Shown here piece by piece: positions 1 through 13,125 of a DNA stretch of 64,000 bases. A model generated the notes under the pieces. The model was not told where the DNA came from. It was given only the letters and a program-made list of their open reading frames with translations, and ran no database searches. The stretch comes from Camelus ferus (Eukaryota), in contig NC_045697.1 of assembly GCF_009834535.1 (NCBI RefSeq), forward strand, positions 622,001 to 686,000, given 5' to 3'. Numbering within the stretch: position 1 is the first letter of the stretch; each line of letters opens with the position of its first letter. The position numbers were made by a program, and so were the translations under genes.

Positions 1-1097
1 GCCCGGCTTCTATTGATTTTCTTCAAAGGCTTTTAAATTGCTCCTTCATTTTACTGAGATGCTCATTCCACCTCTCCTGGGTGCCGGCGTTTTCCCATTG
101 TGTTTAAACAATTGCTCCATTCACCAGGTTCCTAAACTGTGACGCCTTCTCATTACTGGGAGATAAACTGTTTGGACAGTTTTCCTTAATCTTGGATTAA
201 TGGTTCCTGTATCTGGGTTGTGCAGCCCCATATTCCTTCACTTCGGAAATCAACTTGGGAGGCCTCGCCATCTGTCTGTCTGGGCGCGTGGCTTCTCCCC
301 TTCCTGGACGTGGCCGGCCCGCGGCCCGGGCCCCGGCCCATGGGCCTCTTGTTTGCATGGTGGTGTCATCGGGGGCAGGAAGCCAGGGCTGGGGTCTGGG
401 TGCCTGGGGGGTGCTGTGCTGTCATGTAGCTGACCTGGGTGCCTGTCCTGAGCCAGCTGGCTGGACAGACGCTGAATCTCAGGGATCCCCGTGTGGCCTT
501 CAGATGCCCCCCCCACCCCTCCCCAGGAGCAGAAGCAGAGGCTGAGAGGGGAGTAGCTGCCAGGGCAGCGGTGGGGCTGCTGTTGGAACCCCGGGCTGGG
601 AGCCCCCCCCCATTTTGACAGTTAACGCTGTTAGTCCTGGCAGATGGACACACCGACCTAGCTCTGGTATAGCCTAGGGCTGGCGAGGCTAGACTCCGGG
701 GCTGGGTGATGTTTGCTTCCCCTCGGAGCTGTCTCCCGCTGCCCTGAAGGGCCTGGGCTGAGGCAGTTGTCCCTGCAGGAGGGGTGGGCTGTCTGCTGGC
801 GCCTGCGACCAAGTTGTCTTCGGATCGATGAAGAGTCCCTGGCCCCTCAGTCTGGCTGACCCTGCTGCACACACCCACCGGCCAGCAGACGGGTCTGGGG
901 GCCACGGCCCAGCCTGGAGGCTGGGAAGCAGCCTATGTGTGGCTCTGCCCCTGGCCGCCAGCCTCAGTGGCCTTCCTGCCTAAGGGGTGGGTCTGTGGGG
1001 TAGCCAGTGGCCCTCCCAGCCCCCGTTTCAAGGAGGGGTCAGGGCTCAGGTGAGGTTGGTGCTGGGTGTCTTCTGAAATCTTGGGGTCTGTTTGCAG

Positions 1098-1272
1098 ACT
1101 GGCAGGACCCCGAGTTCATGAGGGACGTGGAGGCAGCCACTGGGGTGGATCTTGGCTCGTCCAGGTCCAGGGGGAGAGGCCAGGGGAGGAGGAGGAAGCA
1201 CCCTGGCCTCACCGACCTCAGGCGGCAGGCCGACACAGCGCGGGCTCGCATTGCCAAGAAGGTCTTCGCCAA
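1098..1272 (+). CDS. UVSSA: UV-stimulated scaffold protein A, penultimate coding exon (gene starts upstream of the window)
   Basis: Acceptor tttgcag at 1091-1097, donor AA|gtaaga at 1273. Translation [59 protein letters not shown] matches the UVSSA C-terminus as I recall it. The phase-2 end joins the next exon in frame. Confidence 0.93.
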
Positions 1273-2711
1273 GTAAGAGCCTCTCTGGGGTCCTGCCGCA
1301 GCCCCGGGCCTGGGTGTGCGGGAGGGGGGCTGACCGCACTCCCAAGATGTACCTGCAGCCAGGGCCCTGGCTGCCATGACCAGCAGGCCCCTGGGCGGCA
1401 GAGGGCAGGCGGGTGAGAGTGGAGGCTGGAGCTGGTCACCCTGAGGGTAATGAGCGAGCCTCTTCCCGAGGAGGGGCCTTTGCCAGCCAACCAGTGAACC
1501 CGAGGTTCCCAGTGAGGGGCTGAGCCAGCCCTGAGGCTCCCCCTTGCTCAGCTGACCTCGAAGGGGTGGTCAGGGCCCAGGCGTGTCCATCTGGTGACTT
1601 CGGGGAGGGCAGGTACCTCCAAGGGTGGCGGGATGGTGGTTACTGCGCAAGTCTCAGCTCCAGGGAGCAGGCGCCTCGTGCTGCTCCAAGCACCAACCCT
1701 GGGGTCCAGGCAGCTCTCTGGCCCAGCAGGACCTGCCTGGCTGGTGGTGACTTGGCGGGGCCAGAGTGGGGAGGCTCTAGCCCAGCATCCTTGCTGTCAG
1801 GGGATGAAGGAAGGCATGGGGGCTTCTGATTAGAAACACACTTGTGGCTGATGCTCCTTCCGAGGTCTGCCCAGGCAGGTGCTGTCCAGGAGGCTGTCCT
1901 CTCGGGCCGACGCCCAGAAGGTGCTCAGCGCACCAGGCAGAGGAGGTGCCACCAGGGACCCAGCCTGAGTCGGGTAGGACAGGAGGGCGGCTTCCTCAGT
2001 GCCCCGGCAGCTGTGGGCACTGCTCCTCACTGCTGGCCTGCTGTGCACGTCGGTGTCCGGAGGAGGGCCTGGCTCCCGGGCTCTGGGCATGAGGCTGGTT
2101 TCCTGTGGCTCAGCCACAGGTGCTGATGGGGCCCTCCGAGGGGCTCCTTGCAGGCAGCTGGGTGGCCTGGAGCTCTCCCTGCGGGGGGCCATGGGTGCCC
2201 CGGGAACAGGGCTGGCAAGGGGCCTCCTGGCTTCCCCAGCACTGCCTCATCCAGGCAGTGGCAGCGGTTGGATGGCAAGAAGCACTTGGTCTGCCTTCCA
2301 CATCTTTCTGTTGCATGTCCCTCAGTGTTTCCCCGACACCAGACGTGCAGCTCTGGGCGCAGCAGGACTGAGTGAATCAGGCTTGTCCTGGCTGCATGTG
2401 CTCACATGCTGCACGGGCTATGCCGTCATTTGGGGGTACAGCATGGCACTGGCAAGACTGGGGTTCCTGGGAGCCACCCTCAGGGCTTGGAGTGGCGGGA
2501 GAGGTGCCAGGGCACGGCCAAGGCTACTTTCTGCAGCAGAGTCACGCACTGTGGTCTCCAGCTCTGGACTGGGATGCTCTGCCGGTTTCCGAGCTGTGTC
2601 GCCTATCCACAGGGAGCCTGCGAGTGGTCTGTGTGCAGCAGTGCCCCCAGCATGGGTCCTGACCCCAGTCTGGGGCCTCCCCAGTCGCATCTTGCTTTGC
2701 TTTCTCTGCAG

Positions 2712-2805
2712 GGCGGCCGTGCAGAGGGTGGTCACAGCCATGAACCAGATGGATCAGAGGAAGCACGAGAAGTTTGCAAACCAGTTTAACTACGCGCTGA
2801 ACTAG
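2712..2805 (+). CDS. UVSSA: UVSSA last coding exon with stop codon
   Basis: Polypyrimidine tract and acceptor ctttctctgcag ending at 2711. AA+G completes Lys, then [30 protein letters not shown] and TAG (2803-2805), the characteristic UVSSA end. Confidence 0.94.
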
Positions 2806-3310
2806 AGAGCCAGGCTGGGTTTGTGGTCCCCTCTGGTCATCGGCTCCTTTTCTTCCCCTGCTGATGCACGAGGATGGGAAAGCAGGCCCAGGTCTGGGCA
2901 GTGACCGTGGCTGCTGTTGTAGCATGTATTAACTCAAGGAGGTGGTACACATTCTGATTAACACGCCCCAGAGGTGTGGGCTCTCCCCTGCGGGGTGGCC
3001 ACTGCCATCTTGTTACAGATTTGCCTGCCTGGTAACCAGGGTGGGCTCGAGCAGCCGTGTCCCCAGGGCATCCTGCACAGCCCGTGTGCTTGGTGACATG
3101 GATCAGAGTCGCTCAGCATTTAGAATGACTGTGCAGCCCCCACCCCAGCTTCCCAGCCTTCCCCGCCGGTGGCCACTCAGAGGAACTCCAGGAAAACCCG
3201 CTTTTGTGTCTTAACGTGAAGGGGTGAATCATTCGCAGTTGGCACCTGTGGCATCTCACGGGTGTCCTGGTGGTGGTTTCGCATCAGAATGCAGAGAACT
3301 ACCTCACTCT

Positions 3311-6300
3311 GTTTTTTTAAAAGCAGCTTTATGGAGACTGAACTCACATAGCACAGCGTTTACTCCGTTAAAGCGTGGCATTCAGTACATTCACAGTGTC
3401 GTGCGCCCACCACCACTGTCTAGTTCTGGGACTTTTTGTTACCCTGCAAGGACCCCCATTCACCCTTCTGCAGCCCTTGCGCTGTCTGGTCTACATCTGC
3501 TTCTGGATTTGCCTTTGCTGGACATTTCCTATGAATTGAGTCAAACAACACGTGGCCTTTTGTATCTGGCCTTCCTCACTGGGCACCACGCGGCCAGGGT
3601 TCTTCCGTGTTGCAGCACATGTCAGCGCTTCACCCCTTTCATGCCGGGATGATGCTCCACGTGGGAACACACCTCGCTTTGTGGTCCGTGCCCTGTGGAC
3701 GTTCGGGCGATTTACACTTTGAGGCTGTGATGGGTGACATCGCTGTGACCGCCCGTGCACAGGCTTTTGTGTTGGCTTGTATTTTCGCTTCTTTTGGGTT
3801 TATACCTAGAAGTGTAATTTGGTAGCTTTCTGATGAATTGCTGAGATGCTCTCCAAAGCAGCTGCACAGCTTTACACACCTTACATCATCGCTACATCGT
3901 CCCACCAGCAGGGTGTGAGGGTTCCTGTTTCTCCATGTTCTTGCCAACACTTGTTATTGTCAGTCTTTCTAACTTTAGCCGCCTTAGTGGGTGTGAAACG
4001 GTAGCTCGTGGCTTTGATTTGCGCTTTCCTGATGAATGACATGAACATCTTTTCACAGGCTTAGTGGCCATTTGTGCGTCTTTGGAGACACATCCAGATC
4101 TTTTGCCCGTTTTTAACTGAATTGTTGTTCTGAGGTGTCGGCGCGCTCTGTATGTGCTGGGTGCTAGGCCCTTATGCGCGTTGCAGGTGTTTCTCCTATT
4201 CTGGCTCTCCTTGAACACAAGAGCTGTGACTTTTGTTGATGTCCAGTATATCGACTTCTCCTGTTGGCCACTTGTGCTTTTGGTATCATATCTAAGCAGC
4301 CATGGCCTAACCCAAGAGCATGAAGCTGTGCCCTTATGTTTTCTTGTAAGAGTTTCATGGTTTAGCTCTTAAATTTAGGTCTTTGGTCCGTTTTGAGTTA
4401 ATTTTTATATGTGGTTTAAAGCTTCCAGCTTCATTCTTTTGCATGTAGACGTCCAGGTCTCTCAGCATCATTTGTTGAAAAGGTTATTCTTTCCCCCACT
4501 GAACTATCCTCGTGCCTTTATTGATCATCAGTTGACAATAAATGTGTGAATTTATTTCTGGACTCTCAATTCTTTTCCCTAGACCCGTATGTCCTTGTGC
4601 CAGTGTGACAACGTCTTCATTAAAACGAGTCCTCTATCCTTGTTCTTTTTAAAGATTGTTTCGGCCATCCTGCATCCTTTGTGTTCCCAAATAAATTTTA
4701 GTATCAGCTTGTCAACTTCTGCAAAAAAAGAAAAAAGAAAGAAAGAAAGAAAAAAGCAACTGAGATTTTGATGGGATTATGTTGACTCTGGAGATCAGTT
4801 TGGAAAGTACAGTTGACCCTTGAACAACATGGGTTTGAACTGCACAGGTCCACGCATACGAGGATTGTTTTCAATAATGAATACTATAGTCCTGCACGGC
4901 CCATCATGGGTTGAATCCTTGGAGGCAGAATCACAGATACGGGGTCGGGGTGGGGCTGGGGGAGCAACTGTAAAGTCACACAAGGGTTTTTGGGTGCATG
5001 GAGACTCAACGTGCCTAACACCTACATTGTCAACTGTGTTGTCATTTTAATGTTAAATTTTATAATTCCTGAACTTGGAATATCTCCATTTAGGACTTCT
5101 TTAATTTATTTTCACAGTGTTTTGTAGTTTTCAGTGTACAAGTTTTGCATTTATTTTCTTAAATGTATTCTTAAGTGTTTTGTTCTTTTTGATGCTGTTG
5201 TAAATGTGACTGTTCTCTGAATTTCATTTTTGGATTCTTCATTGCTAATACATAGAAATACAGCTGATTTTTTTATGTTGGTATTTTGTCCTGAAACCTT
5301 GCTGAACTCACTCACTAGCTCTAATGGTTGTGTGTGTGGATTCCTTATGTTTTCTGTGCACACTGTCGTGTCATCTGCAAGAGAGATGTTTTGTTTCTTC
5401 CTTGGCAATTTGGATTTCTTTTGCTTCTTTGTCTCGCTTGGTTGCTCTGGGAGCCTCTGGTACAGTGCCAGAAGTGGAGGGAGAGGACACCCTTGTCTGG
5501 TCAAGCTTCCAGTCTCCTCAATGAGTGTGATGGCAGCCGTGGGCGTTATAGGCGGCTTGTATTGGACTAAGGAAGTTCTCTTGGGTTGCTAGTTTGTTGA
5601 ATATTTTTGTCGTGAAGGGATGTTGAATTTTGTCAAATGCCCTTTCTTCAGCTATTGAAGAATGATCGTGTGATTTTTGTCCTTTTTTCCTACTGATAAT
5701 GGTGTATTATATTAGCTGTTTTCCGTGTGTTGAACCACCCTGCAGTCATGGGATAAACCCTGCGTGGTCAGTTTCAGTGGCTTGTGTATTTCTAGTACTT
5801 CGTCCACGTCATCTAGATTATTTGTTGTAATTTGTTGACATGCAGTTGTCCACAGTATTCCTTTATAACCCTTTTTGTTTCTGTAAGTTTGGTAGCAATG
5901 TCTTTTACCATTCCTGATTTTACAAGTTGGAGTCTTTTCTCTCTTTTTTAAAATTTTATTGGTTAGTCAAGCTAAAGGTTTATCAATGTTATCGATCTAT
6001 TCAAAGTTGCTTTTCTGTATTATTTTTCATTCTTCATTAATTTCCACTCTAATCTCTATTTCCTTTGGGTTGCTTTGGGTTTAGTGTTTTTTTTTTTTTT
6101 TCTTTTCTAGTTTGAGTGGAAATGAGATCTGTCTTTTTAGTGTAGGTGTTTATGGGTGTAAATTTCTGTCTAAGCACTGCTGTAGCCTCATCTCAGACAC
6201 TTTGGTATGTTGTATTTCCATCTTTATCTATCCCAGAGTACTTTCTCATTTTTCTTGTGATTTCGTATTTTACCCATTGCTTGCTTAGGAGTCTGTTGTT

Positions 6301-7601
6301 TAATTCCTATATACTTGTGAATTTCCCGAATTTCCTTCTGCTATCTGATTTCTGATTTCAGTCCATTTAGCCATAAGGTTTTTGTCTGCCGTCTTTCTAT
6401 TTTTCTATGTGTCTTTTAAAATCTTTCTTCCTCTATTGCTTTTTCTTGTGTGTTAAGTTATTTAGTTCCCTTGTGTCTCCCTATTTTTTTGTTGTTGTTA
6501 ATTCTTTCAGTGGTTGCTTTGAGGATTATAATGAACTACTTAATGCAGTCTAGTTTGGATTAATACCAACCTAGTTTCATTAGTGTTCAGACACTTTACT
6601 CCAATGTAGCTGTTTTCTCCCCGCTCCTTTGTGCTATTTTTGTCATACAAGTTGCATCTTAATAGCTTGCAGGCCCATGAAGATAGTTTTGTGATTATTG
6701 CTTTATGTAGTTGTCTTAAATCCGGTAGGGAAAGGAAAGATTCACAGACAAGATCGCATTTACACTGTCCTTTGTTTGGCTGTGTGGTTGCCGTTACTAA
6801 TGCTCTGTATTTCTCTGAGGGTTTGGATCCGGTGTCTCTCTCCTCACCCTGAGGGGCTCCCTTCAGTGTCTCACGCAGGGCGGGTCTGCTGGCAGAGGGT
6901 TCTCTCCATTTGTGTCTTAATCTCTCCTTCACTTTTGAGGAGTAGTTTTGCTGGGTATGGAATTCTTGGCTTAACAGTCTTTTTCTTCCAGCACTGCCTT
7001 CTGGCCTCTGGTTTCTGGTGAGAAGCCTCGCGCACAGTGAGCTGGGTTTTCTGGCTGGTTTGGGGTGCGCTCTTCGCCTCCTGCTTTTGACGTCACCTCT
7101 GACGAGTCTGGTTGTGGGCCCCTGAGGGTGCGTCCTACTTGGAGCTTGTTCAACTTCTTGCGTATGGAGATTGTTTTCCATCAGATTCGGAAGGGCTTTG
7201 GCCATTATTTCCCCAAGGATTCTTTCTGCCCCTTTCCCTCTCTCCTCAGACCCCCATCGTGTGTACACGTGTGGTTAATGGTGTCCTTTGGTCTTTGAGG
7301 CCCTGTTCATTTTTCTTCATTCTTTTTCCTATTTCTCAGACTGGAACTAGTGACCTGTATTCAAGGTCACAGGTTCTTTCATTTGCCAACGGAAATCTGG
7401 CGTTGAATCATTGTGGTGAAGCCTTCATTTCAGTTAACTGCACTTTTTAGTCCAGAGTTTCTACTCTGTTCTCTTCTGTGATTCCTTTCTTCTTATTGAT
7501 GCTCTCTGCTTGGTAAAACATTATTCTTATACTGTAATTCTTGAGACCTGGTTTCTTTTAGTTCTTTAAACATACTTTAGCTGACTTAAAGTATTTGTCT
7601 A
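3311..7601 (-). mobile_element. Old, degraded LINE-1 (L1M-type), antisense; 3'UTR, ORF2 and ORF1 remnants, interrupted by later insertions
   Basis: AT/T-rich block. Minus-strand ORF 5151-5504 has TRQGCPLPPLL...SLADD (decayed RT motifs TRQGCPLSP/FADD). ORF 6540-7268 has EERGKGAERILGEIMAKALPNLMENN (L1 ORF1p-like). Boundaries approximate. Confidence 0.85.
4810..5036. mobile_element. MER8-like non-autonomous Tigger2 (TcMar) DNA transposon nested in the L1
   Basis: Starts TA|CAGTTGACCCTTGAACAAC and ends GTCAACTG|TG (terminal inverted repeats, TA target site, right copy mutated). About 230 bp; interior resembles the MER8 consensus from memory. Confidence 0.8.
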
Positions 7602-8708
7602 AGCTTTTGCATAGCTAAGGATACCATCAGCAAAACAAAAAGACAGCCTACAGAATGGGATAAAATATTTGCCAATGATGTGCAGACCAGGGACTAATTT
7701 CCAAAATATACAAACAGCTCATACACCTTAATATCAAAGAAACAAGCAACCCAATCCAAAAATATGCAGAAGACCTAAACAAGCAATTCAGTGAAAACAT
7801 ACAAATGGCCAATAGGCACATGAAAAAGTGCTCAGCATCGCTAATTGTCAGAGAAAATGCAGGTCAAAACTGCAGTGAGATACCACCTTACACCAGCCAG
7901 AATGACCATCATTGAAAAGTCTGCGGATGATAAATGCTGGAGAGGGTGTGGAGAAAGGGGAACCTCCTACACTGTTGATGGGAAGGTAGTTTGGTGCAGC
8001 CACTATGGAGGACAGTATGGAGGTTCCTTAAAAAACTGAAAATAGACTTACCATGTGATCCAACAGCCCCACTCCTGGGCATGTATCTGGAGGGAAATAA
8101 AATTCAAAAAGACACATGCACCTCAGTGTCCACAGCAGCACTATTTACAACAGCCAAGACATGGAAACAACCCAAATGTCCATCAACAGATGGCTTGGTA
8201 AAGAAGATGTGGTACGTATACACGATGGAACACTACCCAGCCATAAAACAAGACAAACAATGCCATTTGCGGCAATACAGATGCACCTGAAGATTGTCAT
8301 TCTAAGTGAGGTGGGCTGGAAAGAGAAAAACGCTATGTGACATCATTTATATGAGGAACCTAAAAAATAGTAACAATGACAATAAGGACGCAAACGAACT
8401 GCTGTATAACTAAGATGGCTGATCTCTTGAATATGTGTGGTCACATCTGACTGTCCTTTATGATTGGATCACCACATTCTGTTGATTCTTATTTTGTGGT
8501 TGGCTCTATTCCTTTGATACCTATGTAAGTTTAAAAAGCTAAAGCTCTAATCTGTTCTTAGAAACAATAATCAGTACATGTATGTAAATCACTAAAAAAA
8601 TGTGCAGTATGCTGTATATGTGTATTTACACGCAATATAATGTACATGTGCAATATATGTGTACGTATAATAATCCAACATAATAAAACTGAAAAAGGGG
8701 GGGAAATT
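7602..8708 (+). mobile_element. Younger 5'-truncated LINE-1 (ORF2 C-terminus plus 3'UTR), sense strand, flanked by a 13-bp TSD
   Basis: ORFs 7845-8039 and 7991-8290 encode [17 protein letters not shown] and [25 protein letters not shown] (ORF2p Cys-rich end). AATAAA at 8682-8687. Direct repeat AAGTATTTGTCTA at 7589-7601 and 8709-8721. Confidence 0.9.
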
Positions 8709-8721
8709 AAGTATTTGTCTA

Positions 8722-9900
8722 GAAAATTCAGTGTGTGGGCTTACTCCGGGACAGTTTCCGTGGGCTGCTCTTTTCCCCCGATGCATGGGACTGTACTTTT
8801 CCTGCTTCTTCTGGTGTTTCAATTTTTTTTTTTTTGGTTGAAAATTGGACACTTTAAATAACATGATGTAATAACTCTGGAAGAGCCTCCCATCCCTGGA
8901 ATTTGCTGCTGTCATTATTTGTTTGTTGAGTGTATTTCCTGGACTGATTCTGTAAAATCTATGTCTTCTGTTGTGCTTAGCTTAGCCACTGCGGTCCCTG
9001 CTTGGTCAGCTTAGCGATTAGCTAACAATTGGGCAGGGATTTCCTTACATGCTTTGATCCGGCAGGTCTGGTGGTTTTGCCGACAAGCTGGGGGGGGGGG
9101 GTGTTAGGCACACTTTCAGCACTCCTGCAGCCAGTTGCCAGCTCTGCCTTGGCCTTCATGTCATGAATGTTTTGATCTTTGCTATGTGAGAAAGTGGCAT
9201 GTTGTAGTTTTGATTGACATTTGTCTTGGGAGTGAGAGTGAGCATTTTCACATTAAAGCAGTCACTGTTTATCCTGTCCTGTGAATTGTATCCGTGTCTT
9301 TTGCTCATTTTACTATTGGCAGATTGGTTTCTTTCTTATTAAGCTACAGAAGCTCTTTATTCATTCAGAAAACTAGCAAAAAAAAAAAAATAGCTCTACA
9401 TGACAAGTCGCAAATATTTCCTCATTTTATCTTCTGATTTTGCTTATGTTGTTTTTCGCTGTATAGATTTTTTTATGTAGTTGAATTTAACCAATCTTCC
9501 ATGGCTCCTGAGTTTCGTATTCCTTCCCCAAAGATTATACTTAAAGATTCTGTCTTTTCTTCTAGTACTTCTGTGTGTTTCATTTTCATGCTTAACTCAC
9601 TGATACACTTACTGTTTATTTTGATATAAAGTTTGGCCCTGGAAATTCAGTTTTTTATTTTAAATAGCTGTTCTGTTGTCCCAGCACCGGTAATTAATTC
9701 TTTTTTTTAATAGATTTGAAATACCGCCTTTGTCGTATATTACTGTCCCCTCGCGCAGTGGTTCTACTTCCAAACATTCTGTTCTGTCCCATCAACTTTT
9801 CTGCCCATTTACGTTCCTACCATTTTAATGACTGTGGCTTTGTACCACACACTTGTGGCAAAGACCTCTCGTATTCCTGTCCTCTTGTATCTGGAGGTAA
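8722..9900 (-). mobile_element. Continuation of old L1 and further highly decayed L1 fragments
   Basis: T-rich L1-like sequence resumes right after the right TSD. Family and limits approximate. Confidence 0.6.
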
Positions 9901-11249
9901 AATTAGAGAACTAGGAGTGAGATGGAGGAGGAAACGTGCTTTTATAAAATGTAATCCAGGATGAATGTATGACCTGTGCCCTTTGCATCCTATCTCTTAA
10001 TAGAATCTCCATGAGTGTTTATGAAGACACATGTCAGTGTGTTTCTGGCTGGCGGGACCTGGGGTGGAGCTGGGCTGGCCCTTCTGGCCAGTGGGTCCAG
10101 CAGACTGGACCTCGGGGAGCAGGCCCTGCCACTCTTGAGTCCAAGGCCCCTGTCAAGTGACTTGGTGCCCAGGGGGTCCTGGGGGTGGGCCCCACTTTGT
10201 TCAGAGGCCCTAGGTGAGGCAGAGGGAAGCTCCACCCCCTCCCTCCATGCCCTTAGCACCCCTCCCCACCTGTACTTGTCACATGTTGCTTGGGTCCCCA
10301 AAAGGCAGGAAGGGGCGGTGGGGGGTGCCTGGGACTGTAGGGGGTTTGGAGCCAACAGGGCACAGCTATACCATGTGGACAGGAGTGCACCTGCATGCAG
10401 GAGAGCAGGGCCCCCCAGTGCAGGGCAGGCTGGGAAGGACCCAGGCCGAGAGAGACAGGCACGGGCGGGCGGGGTGGACTGCCTGAGGGGTGGTCCGTCC
10501 CTGTGCAGCTGCCTGGCCCTGCCCAGCTAGCCCTGCCCACCGCACCTCTCCCTGAGCCTGGGCAGGCTTGGGAAAGGACCACTCCTAAGGGGCTCCTGGC
10601 CCAGAGGAGAGAGGGGCAGCTTTGCATCGCAGGCCTGGGGCTGCCGGAGTTTGCTGGGTAGGTAGTGAGCCATCGAGCACTCTTGATGGAGCGGAGCCAG
10701 GTGTGACCCAGGTGCACAGGTGAGGAAACCCCAGGGGAGATGAGAACCGCACTGGATGGCGCTGTAGGCAGAGCAGAGCTCAGACCCCAGGCCATGCACC
10801 AAGGGGAGGCTGTGCTGGAGTTCATTCAGCTGGCTCCCTTCAGGAGGTGAGAGGGCAGGAGCCATGGGTGGAGGGGTTAGGAGTGGGGCCTCCACATGGG
10901 GCTGGGGACTCTGGCTCCAGCCTGGGGCCACAGTGACTGCCGTAGGGCATGGGGTGGAATCCTGCCAGGCCCTTGTCCAGGCCAAGGAGGTAGGGGCCGG
11001 CCCAGGGAGTGGCAGAGGGATGGCAGGAGAGAGGAGGGCAGAGCTGTCACAGCAGCGGGTGTCAGTCAGCATTGGCTCACAGAGTGGAAAACTCCAAGTA
11101 ACAGTGCCTTGAGGGCATGAGGGTTTAAATGTGCTTCTGTCCTAAGACAGTGCTCAGGCTGGTGAGGAGGCTGCATGAGCCATCGGGCCTCATCCCTTCC
11201 CAGCATCAGAGCCCAGGCTGTGCATCCCCAAGGCTACCTCTTGGCCCAA

Positions 11250-11455
11250 TGTAGCTGCTGGAGCTCCAGCCATCAGGAGCTAGGTCTGGGTCTGCAGAAA
11301 GGAGGAGGGAATGTGCCTCAGGCTCAGCCCTTTCCTGTGAGGCATCTTCCTGGGAATGCCTCCAGCAGCACACTCTCTGCTCACATCATCTTGGCCAGAG
11401 CTAGTCACATGGCAGCGTCCAACTTCCCAGAAAGTAGGAAAAGTCTTTATCTTGG
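11250..11455. mobile_element. MLT1-type (ERVL-MaLR) LTR fragment
   Basis: Motifs gctggagctccagccatc and tgctcacatcatcttggccagagctagtcacatggc are typical of old MLT1 LTRs. Confidence 0.5.
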
Positions 11456-12714
11456 GGATAGGCACCCAGCTACCATCAGCCCCTGTGTCCTGTTAAGAGG
11501 GAGAAAGAACGGGTCAGTGCCCAGCAGGGGCTACTCCAGAGGGGCCACTGCACAGGGCTGTCTGGGATGGGGTGGGACGCAGCATCCTGGAGTTATGGCC
11601 TGCCTGCAGGGTGGGGGAGCATGGAATGGACAGGACCAACACAGACATCCTACCCTTGCATCCCTGAGAGTGGCCTGTTTGACCCCTCCCTGCTGTTACC
11701 CACCTGCCCGTCCCCAGGTTTTGTGTCCAGCCCTGCCCTCCCCCATAGAGACACCACTCCCTCCATGAGGCCTTGCCTGCTCCTGCATGTGGCAAGGGAA
11801 GGTCCCCCCAATCTGAGTGACACTTCAGTGGCCCGGGATGGAGATCTCGGTGCCACCCTGGGATAGGGGGCATGGTAGGTCAGGCTGGCTGACCAGGAGC
11901 AGGGGCACGTGGTCACCAGTGAGGAAATGCGGGAGTTGGGGGTACCACTGGTGTGGGGAGGGCTGGGTGGGCTGGAGGAGCGGCCACAGAGGAGAGGACC
12001 GTGGGGATGGGGGCAGGAAGGCCAGGCTGGTGGGGAGCAGGAGGACAATGGGGTGGGTAGTGAGGTGGGGGAGAGGCGCGATCCAAGCTGGGGAGGAGCT
12101 TGGCTGGGCCGGTCGGGCTCACCCTGGCCTCTGTGGGACAGCGGTGGGCGCCATGGGTCCCTGAGCCCCAGGCTTTGAGGAGGGACCCGCAGCGTCCACA
12201 GCAGGAAGGAGTCGCAGCAGATTTGTCCAGGGAGCTGTACGGATGGAGAGCTGTGCCAGGTGGGAGTGGAGAAGCCCAGGGGGACAGCGAGCATGGACAG
12301 CTCTTTCGGTAACTTTGGTGCTGATAGGAGGCCACACAAGGGGCAGCTGGAAGCCATACAGGGTCAGGTGGAGACACTAGAGTGTGTGGACACTGATGCA
12401 GCTGGTGGGGGTGGGTGACACCGGAGGGAAGTCTGTGGCAGGACGGAGCAGGTGCCATGAGACTGCCGTGGGGGTGGGGCAGTGGGGGCCACAGTGAGGA
12501 GGGGTGGACACAGGGTGGGAGGCTGGCCAGGCGACCGTCCACCTGGAAGTGTGACCATGGCTGGTTAAGACACCAGTCCCCAACATGCCCAGATGGAATA
12601 GGCTGGGTAGGTGGCAGGGAAAAGGGCAAAGCTACTAGGGTACTTTGCAAGGGTGGCAGGTGTGCTAGCAGCCTCCACACCCATTCTCCCCATTTTACCA
12701 GGACTGAGATGCCA

Positions 12715-13125
12715 ACCAGCTGAAAAACCGCATTTCCCAACCTCCCTTGACTAGGAGTGGTCATGTGACCAGGCTCTGGCCAATGAGATGTGAGCAGCTG
12801 TGTTACATGGGCCTCGGGAAACCTCCTTGAAAGGGAGGATGGTGCACCTTTTCTCCCTTCCTGTTTGCTGCCTGGGATGCGGATGAGATGGCTGGAGCCT
12901 CACCCTCCATATGGGTCCATGAGGATGAGGGCCCGGCCCAGCCAGCATGGGGTCATGGAGAGCTGAACAGAGTTGGTTCTCCAAGGACGCTGAGAAGGTG
13001 TCATAGTTGCCCAGGGCCACCAAAGGCCAGCATGCCCTCACACAAGAGAAAATAAACAATCTCTTCTCAATTTCTGTTCATTCAGATTTTCTCTCTCATG
13101 CAACCAAAGCCAGTCCTAACACACA
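12715..13125. mobile_element. MLT1-type LTR
   Basis: catttcccaacctcccttg..gtcatgtgaccaggctctggccaatgagatgtgagcag, internal AATAAA near 13050, and an MLT1-like end (gcaaccaaagccagtcctaac). Confidence 0.6.

Noticed and set aside
1999..2711. 268-aa ORF with a signal-peptide-like start ending in the UVSSA C-terminus
   Set aside because: Only 2712-2805 is UVSSA-like; the rest is intron read-through before a clear acceptor.
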